Shown here: piece by piece, positions 7,589 to 14,916 of the stretch
Numbering within the stretch: the stretch's first letter is position 1
Layout of the letters: every line of letters begins with the position of its first letter
Source of the DNA: Bacilli bacterium
Lineage (GTDB): Bacteria; Bacillota_I; Bacilli_A; RFN20; CAG-826
Reading direction: 5' to 3'
Length of the DNA stretch: 24,000 bases
NCBI GenBank assembly: GCA_041654095.1
Contig: JBAZED010000006.1
Coordinates: 40,935 to 64,934, forward strand
Program-made: the position numbers and the translations under genes
Notes under the pieces: generated by a model
Seen by the model: the letters and a program-made list of their open reading frames with translations, nothing else
The model's database searches: none
Told to the model about the DNA's origin: nothing

Positions 7589-9020
7589 CGAAAGGATTAT
7601 TTCGAAGCCGAAATTAGACGAAGCGCGCATTCGCCAAAAGCTGATGCCGGTCCGTGATTTCGATTTCTATATCTCTGATGATGTTGAAAATTTCCTTAAA
7701 GGCAAAAAATATTATATTCGCACGTATGGCTGCCAAGCCAACATGCGCGATGAAGAAATTCTCGCCGGCATATTAACCAAGGCGGGAATGGCGAAGGTCA
7801 GCAAAGCTGTCCACGCTGATTTGATTGTTATCAACACGTGCTGCGTCCGCGAAAACGCCGAAGATAAAGTCCTCGGTGAACTGGGCACATTAAAAGCTCT
7901 GAAAGCTGTAAAAAAAGATTTGATCATAGCCGTTTCAGGATGCATGAGTCAAGAGGAGCACATCGTCGATTTAATCCTAGAAAAATACGATCAAGTCGAC
8001 ATCATCTTCGGAACTCATAACATTCATAAAATTCTGGAGTTGATCGACATTCACCTCCGCGATCAATGCCGGGTCGTCGACGTCAAAGCCCGACCTCTGG
8101 AAGTCGTCGAAAAACTGCCCTCCGTTCGCAACTCAAAATTTAAGGCTTTTGTGAATATTTCCTATGGATGCGACAAGTTTTGCACATATTGCATCGTTCC
8201 GTACACGCGCGGTCAAGAGCGGAGCCGTCCCAAAGACGAAATTCTCACTGAGTGCTGTGCTTTAGTCGCTAGTGGCTATCAAGAAATAATCTTGCTCGGT
8301 CAAAACGTCAATTCGTACGGAAAGGATTTGAAGAGCGGTATCACGTTCGCCATGCTCCTCGAAGAAGTGGCGGCACTCGGCATTCCACGACTTCGCTTTC
8401 TCACTTCCCACCCATTCGATTTTGGCGACGATATCATTGAGGCGATGGGGTGTCATGATAATATCATGAAATTCGTCCATCTTCCCGTTCAGAGCGGCAA
8501 TGACGAGATTCTGATGGCGATGGGGCGCCGCTATACGCGCGAAAAATATCTAGAAATTGTTCGGAAACTGCGCACCCGCCTTCCCGGCATCGCGATCAGC
8601 ACCGATATTATCGTGGGCTTTCCCAACGAAACTGAAACCCAATTCAGCCAGACGATCGATCTCGTCAGAGAAGCGCAGTACGAAAGCGCCTTCACATTTA
8701 TTTACTCACCGCGAAAAGGCACGCCGGCCGCTCGTCTCGTCGACAACGTTTCGAAGAAAGAAAAATCCGCCCGTTTCAAAATCTTGACCAAAGCGCTCGA
8801 AGAGACGATCACCAAAGCATCATCTGAGATGGTAGGCAAAACTCTTGCGGTCTTAGTGGATGGATGGAGCAAAAAAGACAAGGCAGTACTGTCGGGATAT
8901 ACGGAAACAAACAAATTGCTCCACTTTAAAGGCGGCGAGTCCTTGATTGGAACAATCGTTCAAGTTCGCGCTCTCGAGTCCCATACTTATTCGCTGTTAG
9001 GAGAACTGGTCGATGAGTAA
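7581..9020 (+). CDS. miaB: tRNA-2-methylthio-N6-dimethylallyladenosine synthase MiaB (radical SAM methylthiotransferase)
   Basis: The UPF0004 N-terminal cysteines are present (YGCQAN, NTCCVRE, SGCMSQ), along with the radical-SAM motif CDKFCTYC and a C-terminal TRAM-like region. ATG 7581 overlaps the ymdB stop by 8 nt. The exact start is less certain. Confidence 0.93.
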   Translation: MGSERIISKPKLDEARIRQKLMPVRDFDFYISDDVENFLKGKKYYIRTYGCQANMRDEEILAGILTKAGMAKVSKAVHADLIVINTCCVRENAEDKVLGELGTLKALKAVKKDLIIAVSGCMSQEEHIVDLILEKYDQVDIIFGTHNIHKILELIDIHLRDQCRVVDVKARPLEVVEKLPSVRNSKFKAFVNISYGCDKFCTYCIVPYTRGQERSRPKDEILTECCALVASGYQEIILLGQNVNSYGKDLKSGITFAMLLEEVAALGIPRLRFLTSHPFDFGDDIIEAMGCHDNIMKFVHLPVQSGNDEILMAMGRRYTREKYLEIVRKLRTRLPGIAISTDIIVGFPNETETQFSQTIDLVREAQYESAFTFIYSPRKGTPAARLVDNVSKKEKSARFKILTKALEETITKASSEMVGKTLAVLVDGWSKKDKAVLSGYTETNKLLHFKGGESLIGTIVQVRALESHTYSLLGELVDE

Positions 9021-9324
9021 ACTAGATGAAGCTTTGGAAAACCTCAAACAAGAGATTGGCAACGACTCGTTGATTCAAGAATATTTCCGACTCCGCAATT
9101 TGATTACAAGCAGTGAAGAAATTCGCAGTCTAAAAAAACAAATTGACGAGGCGCAAGTTTCTCTTTCTTTAAGCATGGGAAACGAAGAAGCCCATGCGGC
9201 TAAGAAGGCGGAATACGAACAACTAGTCGCTCTTTATGATGTGCATCCACTGATCAGCAATTTTTCAAACATTCAAATCGAAGTCCATGAATTTTTGAAA
9301 AATATCGCTGATTTGCTTGAATAA
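9013..9324 (+). CDS. ymcA: YlbF/YmcA-family protein (RicA-like)
   Basis: 103 aa and all-helical. The pattern fits the YlbF/YmcA family (F...R......I..LK.QIDEAQ ... HPLISNF...). It sits immediately downstream of miaB (ymcB), as ymcA does in B. subtilis. The start overlaps the miaB stop by 8 nt. It is shorter than B. subtilis YmcA. Confidence 0.6.
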   Translation: MSKLDEALENLKQEIGNDSLIQEYFRLRNLITSSEEIRSLKKQIDEAQVSLSLSMGNEEAHAAKKAEYEQLVALYDVHPLISNFSNIQIEVHEFLKNIADLLE

Positions 9325-9360
9325 AATATCATATATCGCCTTTTTAACTATAATGTAATT

Positions 9361-10233
9361 ATGATTTACGTCATCACAGGGCCGACCAATACCGGCAAGG
9401 ACAGCGTTGCTATCGAACTTGCCAAGTGCCTTGGCGGGGAAATTGTCAACGCCGACGCTTTTCATGTCTACAAGCAGCTGAAGATCGGAACAAATAAACC
9501 TCGTGATGAAGATTTTTTAGGCATTAAGCATCATCTTTTCGAGTATGTTGACGTCAGCGAAGATTATTCAATCGCCCGCTATCAAAGCGATGCTCGCCAG
9601 ATAATTGAAGACCTTATCGCTCGCAATATTCCCATCATACTTCTCGGCGGAAGCGGTTTATATATTAAAGCCGCTCTATACGATTACCGTTTCAAAGATG
9701 AAACACCGGTTGATCTTTCCGAATATGAAAAATTGAACAACGCCGAATTGCATACCATCCTTCGAAAAGTCGATGCCGCATCGGCGGATAGAATCCATCC
9801 TCATAATCGCCGTCGCGTCTTACGCGCTCTCCAAATATATTTTTCGCAAGGCAACAAGAAATCCGATATTCCGGTGCTCAAAGACGAGGCTCCCATCTAT
9901 GAGGCACAATTCTTTGGCGTCGAATTCGATCGGGCGGATTTATATCTCCGCATCGAAAAGCGCGTCCATCGCATGATGGAAGAGGGGCTCGAAGACGAGG
10001 CCAAATCTCTGCTTGCTAGATATGGGGACAAACAACAAGCTTTTTCTGCTATCGGCTATAAAGAAATGATCGAGTATATTCATGGTCTTATCAGCAAGGA
10101 AGAAGCGATTTCGCAAATAATTGCGAATACGCGGCATTATGCCAAGCGTCAAATTACATTTGTCAGGCATCAATTTCCAATGCAATGGATAAAGAGCGCC
10201 GCGGATATCGTCGCGAACATCAAACATGGATAA
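9361..10233 (+). CDS. miaA: tRNA dimethylallyltransferase MiaA
   Basis: 290 aa. The N-terminal P-loop is VITGPTNTGKDSVAIELAK, then ...NADAFHVYK.L.IGT.KP, ILLGGSGLY, R.HPHN.RR..RALQ and YAKRQ.TF. The P-loop ends GKD rather than the usual GK[ST]. There is no SD; see findings. Confidence 0.9.
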   Translation: MIYVITGPTNTGKDSVAIELAKCLGGEIVNADAFHVYKQLKIGTNKPRDEDFLGIKHHLFEYVDVSEDYSIARYQSDARQIIEDLIARNIPIILLGGSGLYIKAALYDYRFKDETPVDLSEYEKLNNAELHTILRKVDAASADRIHPHNRRRVLRALQIYFSQGNKKSDIPVLKDEAPIYEAQFFGVEFDRADLYLRIEKRVHRMMEEGLEDEAKSLLARYGDKQQAFSAIGYKEMIEYIHGLISKEEAISQIIANTRHYAKRQITFVRHQFPMQWIKSAADIVANIKHG

Positions 10234-10909
10234 ACGACTCGATCGCCTCGCTTCGCTGATTGGCGCAGACAAGGTTGAAAGTTTAAAGAACAAAACGGTG
10301 TTGATCGCCGGTTTAGGCGGGGTGGGTGGCACTTGCCTCGAAAGCTTGGCCCGTTCTGGAATAGGGAGTTTTTTGCTCGTCGACTTCGATAGAGTCGATG
10401 TCACGAATTTGAACCGCCAAATTCTCTTCGTTGAACAAAATATTGGTCAACTTAAAGTTGAAGCGGCAGCGAAAAGGCTTCTATCTATTTCTAAAGAAAT
10501 AAAGGTCAAAATTTTTGCGTCTCATGTCGACGAAGAGCTTTTGAAGAACCTCGATGGCGAAGAAATCGATTTCATCATCGACGCCATCGATTCGCCGCAG
10601 GCAAAAGAATGGTTAATTTCATATGCTTTCTATCGCGAGATAGCATTTATCTCTTCCCTTGGCATGGCCAACCGCCTCGATCCGACTGCCGTCCGCCTTT
10701 CGACATTAGACCTGACGACGGGTGACCCTCTCGCCAAGAAAATGCGCTCTCTCCTTCGCAAGCGAAATATTGATCTGGCCAATGTCCCCGTGGTATGCTC
10801 CCTCGAAAAGCCAGTGTTGGATGGTCCGATTTTAGCGTCCGTCATGAACGTGCCTTCTGCGGCCGGGCTCGCCTTGGCGCATTACTGTTTGGAAAATCTA
10901 TTAAAATAG
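10226..10909 (+). CDS. tcdA: ThiF/MoeB-fold protein, probable tRNA threonylcarbamoyladenosine dehydratase TcdA
   Basis: 227 aa with the Rossmann motif IAGLGGVGG and then D.D.V..TNLNRQ. Size and layout fit the TcdA/YgdL subgroup rather than ThiF/MoeB proper (no CxxC pairs). The start overlaps the miaA stop by 8 nt. Confidence 0.7.
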   Translation: MDKRLDRLASLIGADKVESLKNKTVLIAGLGGVGGTCLESLARSGIGSFLLVDFDRVDVTNLNRQILFVEQNIGQLKVEAAAKRLLSISKEIKVKIFASHVDEELLKNLDGEEIDFIIDAIDSPQAKEWLISYAFYREIAFISSLGMANRLDPTAVRLSTLDLTTGDPLAKKMRSLLRKRNIDLANVPVVCSLEKPVLDGPILASVMNVPSAAGLALAHYCLENLLK

Positions 10910-10959
10910 ACTTAGCTATTGTAAAATTTCTAATAGTTAAATAACAGGAGCTATGCATT

Positions 10960-12576
10960 ATGTCACTTTTGCCTATTGATCAAATTGCCAAACAAGTCGG
11001 CATTCCTGTCGATTATCTTGAATTATATGGAAAGTATAAAGCAAAGATTGACACAAGGATTTTTGAAATGCTCAAAGACATTCCCGACGGAAAGTTAGTT
11101 TTGGTGACGGCGATCACACCCACAAAAGCGGGCGAAGGCAAGACGACGACTTCCATCGCCCTCGCCGAAGGGATGGCGAAGATAAATCAAAAAGCCATGC
11201 TCTCACTTCGCGAACCATCATTGGGTCCGGTCTTCGGCATCAAAGGCGGAGCGACGGGCGGGGGGCTGGCATCAATCGATCCTCGCGACGATATCAATTT
11301 GCATTTTACCGGGGATATGCACGCCTTGACATCGAGCATTAATTTAATCGCGGCGATGATTGACAACCACATTTTCCAAGGCAACGAATTGCAGATAAAT
11401 CCCGATCGCATCGTGTGGAAGCGCGCGATGGACATGAACGATCGCGCTCTGCGCGAAATTATCGTCGGCCGCGGTCCGAAAAATGGGACTGAAAGAAAAG
11501 AGAATTTCGTGATTACAGTCGCCTCAGAACTGATGGCCATCTTATGCCTCGCCAGCGACGCGGAAGATTTTCGAAATAGGGTTCAGCAGATTATTATTGC
11601 CTACAATTATCAAGACGAACCGATTCGCGTCAAGGATTTAAGAATTTCTCACGCCATCATGAAGTTGATGCGCGATGCTCTGAAACCCAATCTCGTGCAG
11701 ACGATTGAAAATAATCCCGTCCTAATTCACGGCGGGCCATTTGCGAATATCGCCCACGGATGCAATTCGCTCATCGCCTTGAAATTATCGCAAAAATTAG
11801 CGCCCATCTCGATTACGGAAGCAGGCTTTGGGGCTGATCTCGGCGCGGAGAAATTCTTTGATATTGCATGTCGATTTGGAAATATGAAACCCGATGGCGT
11901 CGTCGTCGTCGCAACCTTGCGGGCTTTGAAAATGCACGGCGGCCAACTATTAGAAAAAATCAGCGAGGAAAATGTCAATGCCTTGCTTAAAGGCGTTTGC
12001 AACCTTCGCATTCACCTTGAAAATATCAAAAAATTCGGCGTGCCTTGCATCGTGGCCATCAACCATTTCGCCAGCGACCATCAAAGCGAGATTGAAGCCC
12101 TCGAAAAATGGTGCAAAGACAACAGTTACGCCGTCAGTTTTCTCGATGGCTATCTCAAGGGCGGCGAAGGAGCTGTCGACTTAGCGCAGAAAGTCATCAA
12201 GATGCTGGAGACTGAGCCTTCTTATTACCAGCCTTTGTATAAGTTGGATTTGAGCATCGAAGAAAAAATCGTAAAAATCTGCAAGCAAATATACCGAGCC
12301 GGGAAAGTTGATTTTGCGGACAAGGCTAGAGAGCAGATGGCGAAGTATGAGAAAATGGGTTATGGACAATTTCCGGTCTGCATGGCAAAAACGCCCCTCT
12401 CGATGAGCGATAATCCCGAGGTCATCGGCGCTCCAGAAGGCTTTACCATCACGATTCGCGAATTAAACCTTTCGGCGGGAGCGGGTTTCATCGTCGCCTT
12501 AACCGGTGATATCATGACGATGCCGGGACTGCCAAAAATACCGTCAGCCGTCCTCATGGAAGATTTTCCTTATTGA
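10960..12576 (+). CDS. fhs: Formate--tetrahydrofolate ligase
   Basis: 538 aa with the nucleotide-binding segment TPTKAGEGKTTTSIAL, then EPSLGPVFGIKGGA.GGG and HGGPFANIAHG. SD CAGGAG is at 10945-10950. Confidence 0.97.
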   Translation: MSLLPIDQIAKQVGIPVDYLELYGKYKAKIDTRIFEMLKDIPDGKLVLVTAITPTKAGEGKTTTSIALAEGMAKINQKAMLSLREPSLGPVFGIKGGATGGGLASIDPRDDINLHFTGDMHALTSSINLIAAMIDNHIFQGNELQINPDRIVWKRAMDMNDRALREIIVGRGPKNGTERKENFVITVASELMAILCLASDAEDFRNRVQQIIIAYNYQDEPIRVKDLRISHAIMKLMRDALKPNLVQTIENNPVLIHGGPFANIAHGCNSLIALKLSQKLAPISITEAGFGADLGAEKFFDIACRFGNMKPDGVVVVATLRALKMHGGQLLEKISEENVNALLKGVCNLRIHLENIKKFGVPCIVAINHFASDHQSEIEALEKWCKDNSYAVSFLDGYLKGGEGAVDLAQKVIKMLETEPSYYQPLYKLDLSIEEKIVKICKQIYRAGKVDFADKAREQMAKYEKMGYGQFPVCMAKTPLSMSDNPEVIGAPEGFTITIRELNLSAGAGFIVALTGDIMTMPGLPKIPSAVLMEDFPY

Positions 12577-12578
12577 GT

Positions 12579-12800
12579 ATGCAAGTTATTAATTACCAAC
12601 TATTTGACATCGTCGAAATGAAAAAGGAGCACCCGTGTCTTCACCGCACAAAAAAATTTCAGATTGTGCGCGTGGGTGCCGATATTAAAATCATGTGCTT
12701 GGGCTGCGGAAACGTCATCATGCTGACCCGCTATGACTTCAATAAGCGCATTCGCAAAGTTCTTAGCCACGAAGAAGCGCCAATAAAAAACGATAAATAG
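12579..12800 (+). CDS. DUF951-family small protein (YyzM-like)
   Basis: About 73 aa. The sequence DIVEMKKEHPC....KFQIVRVGADIKIMCLGCGNVIMLTR.DF.KRIRKVL matches the remembered DUF951 consensus (cysteine pairs PC...C.GCG). The start is set at ATG 12579; the track's TTG at 12573 is two codons upstream. Confidence 0.8.
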   Translation: MQVINYQLFDIVEMKKEHPCLHRTKKFQIVRVGADIKIMCLGCGNVIMLTRYDFNKRIRKVLSHEEAPIKNDK

Positions 12801-12834
12801 TTTTTAAGTTTACACCCTTATATATTGGTGTCAG

Positions 12835-13527
12835 ATGCAAACACCAGTTTTAAAGATTATCCAACTCAGCAAAACATTTTCGCTAGGCAAAAATGATTTT
12901 TTGGCACTTAAAGATATCTCGATCGCCTTTCCTAAAACCGGTTTCGTTCTCATATCAGGCAAGTCGGGATCAGGCAAATCGACGCTTCTCAATCTAATCG
13001 CCGGAATTCATAAGCCTTCTGAGGGTCACGTCTTTTATCGCGACAAAGCTATTGACGCGATGAGTGAAAGACACCTCTGTGCTTATCGAAATCGCGAACT
13101 GGGTTTCGTTTTTCAGCAGTATAACTTATTCGATAAGCAAAGCGTTTTGTTCAACGTGATTTTACCGCTGCTAATTGATGGAAAAGGAATCGCTAAAGCC
13201 TATGAGACTGGCGAGCAGCTCCTTAAACTATATGGCATGGAGGAGATGGCGAAAAGGGATGTCGCCAAATTGTCGGGAGGAGAGAAGCAGCGCGTCGCCA
13301 TCATCCGAGCCATTATCAATAATCCGGCGATTGTCCTCGCTGATGAACCGACGGGTGCCCTCGATCGTCAAAATGCCGAAAGGACCATGCTTTTTCTTAA
13401 AGAAATATCTAGCGAACGCCTAGTCATTGTCGTCTCTCATGACCTCGAATTAGTCAGGAGCTATTCAACTCGTCATATCGAGATAAAAGATGGGAAAGTC
13501 GCCCATGATAGCGGGCCTATTTGCTAA
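12835..13527 (+). CDS. ABC transporter ATP-binding protein (MacB/LolD/FtsE-like NBD)
   Basis: 230 aa with all motifs intact: Walker A GKSGSGKST, Q-loop FQQYNL, signature LSGGEKQRVAIIRA, Walker B/D-loop IVLADEPTGALD and H-loop VSHD. Confidence 0.93.
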   Translation: MQTPVLKIIQLSKTFSLGKNDFLALKDISIAFPKTGFVLISGKSGSGKSTLLNLIAGIHKPSEGHVFYRDKAIDAMSERHLCAYRNRELGFVFQQYNLFDKQSVLFNVILPLLIDGKGIAKAYETGEQLLKLYGMEEMAKRDVAKLSGGEKQRVAIIRAIINNPAIVLADEPTGALDRQNAERTMLFLKEISSERLVIVVSHDLELVRSYSTRHIEIKDGKVAHDSGPIC

Positions 13528-13536
13528 ATCGAAATT

Positions 13537-14916
13537 ATGAATTGGAAACAGCGTTTTGCGTGGCACTATCTAAAAGAAAACACTCTTAAAAATACAATTT
13601 TGTGGCTCTCGTCTTTGATCAGCTTTTCTTCTTTGCTCCTCTCGCTTGGATTCTTCGTCGGCTCGAATCAGCTCATTGATAACACGCAAGATAACTTACT
13701 TGATAGCCAACTCTTTATGGTCACAAAGCAGGAGAAAATATCCTCGAGCGAATCTCCTGTCGCGTTGGTGAAGACGTTGCGACCAAATCTCGAAGAGCTA
13801 AATTTTCTATCGACCTTGGCTCCTTCGGCGATAATCGCTAATGACTATCAAAAAATTTTCCCTGGTGACTGCGAATTGAAGCTTGATAGTCATAGTATTG
13901 AAAATGTCGTTTTTACACCTCTTCATAGTTTTCAACAACTCCATAGCAAAAAGCATCTATTAGTTAACGGTGCAATTCCAAAAAGTGAAAACCTTGCAAA
14001 AATCGTCATTAATTCCACTTTTGCTGAGATATTAACCACAAACGTCGACTCGTTGATCGGTAAGAAAATCGAAGCGAGCATCACGAGCAAGATAATAGTT
14101 GCCGATAGCATCGGTTCACCGATTGAAGACTATTTTCTTTTACAAGAGCAACTTGAGATCTGCGCGGTATTTGATGAATTATCTTTTTTGAATAGTCCGA
14201 AAATCTTTTATTCATTTGTCGCTTTGGAAAAGAGGCTTGACGAATATGCTTTATACAATATTAGCAAATCGCTCCATCGCTTTATCTCGTGTCGCGAGAT
14301 TTATCAAATAATTGGGAATGATCACTATTTAACGAATTACTCCCGAACGCTTTTTGTTCTCGATAATAACGATTTTCGAAACCTTTCGTCTTTAGCGGTT
14401 AAATCGGCAATCGAGGATTCGCCGCTATCTATAGAATCGAACGCTCTGGTTATAAAAGACACTTATCGAGATTTGACCAAAGCCGCTTTATACTCGATGT
14501 TGATTTTTGTGATAATTGCTTTTGCGGGACTATGCGCGATAATGGCGATCAGCGCCTATTCCAACTATGTTTCCAAAAAGAGAGAATCGGCACTGCTCAG
14601 CTGCTTGGGAGCAGATAAAAGCGCGATTCTCAATATCTTCCTAAGGCAAAATCTATCAATCACCATCTCAGCCGCTATTGCATCGCTATTCTTTTCGAAA
14701 TTGATACAAGGTATCGCAAACTTATATTTCTATGAGCATTTTATGTTTGACGGCCTCATCGATATCCCCTTTTTCTCTTACCGGGATATTCCTATGGCGA
14801 TTATTATTGTGCTGATAATCTTCGCTTTTATCACCACCTCGATATTCACGCTTATTCCCCTTTCCTTCTATAAAGGATTTTCACTAGCTGATGAGCTCAG
14901 GGATGGGACGAGTTGA
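13537..14916 (+). CDS. ABC transporter permease, FtsX/MacB-type (4 TM, ~270-aa extracytoplasmic domain)
   Basis: 459 aa. TM1 spans about residues 20-43, a hydrophilic domain spans about 44-315, and three C-terminal TM helices follow. The FtsX-domain signature after TM2 is KKRESALLSCLGADKSAIL. Confidence 0.85.
   Translation: MNWKQRFAWHYLKENTLKNTILWLSSLISFSSLLLSLGFFVGSNQLIDNTQDNLLDSQLFMVTKQEKISSSESPVALVKTLRPNLEELNFLSTLAPSAIIANDYQKIFPGDCELKLDSHSIENVVFTPLHSFQQLHSKKHLLVNGAIPKSENLAKIVINSTFAEILTTNVDSLIGKKIEASITSKIIVADSIGSPIEDYFLLQEQLEICAVFDELSFLNSPKIFYSFVALEKRLDEYALYNISKSLHRFISCREIYQIIGNDHYLTNYSRTLFVLDNNDFRNLSSLAVKSAIEDSPLSIESNALVIKDTYRDLTKAALYSMLIFVIIAFAGLCAIMAISAYSNYVSKKRESALLSCLGADKSAILNIFLRQNLSITISAAIASLFFSKLIQGIANLYFYEHFMFDGLIDIPFFSYRDIPMAIIIVLIIFAFITTSIFTLIPLSFYKGFSLADELRDGTS

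Noticed and set aside
9379-9402. The MiaA P-loop reads GPTNTGKD instead of the canonical G-x4-GK[ST].
   Set aside because: This is a single-residue deviation with a Ser immediately after (GKDS). The rest of MiaA is well conserved. There is too little evidence to claim loss or change of function without an alignment of homologues.
9940-10404. A 154-aa minus-strand ORF spanning the miaA/tcdA junction. Similar shadow ORFs lie at 436-822 (+), 18962-19360 (-), 19110-19484 (+), 11187-11540 (-) and 1983-2303 (-).
   Set aside because: All overlap well-supported genes or rnpB in other frames. Their compositions are biased (Arg/Ser/Pro-rich) and they carry no family signatures. The ones at 1932-2303 are simply open frames across the RNase P RNA.
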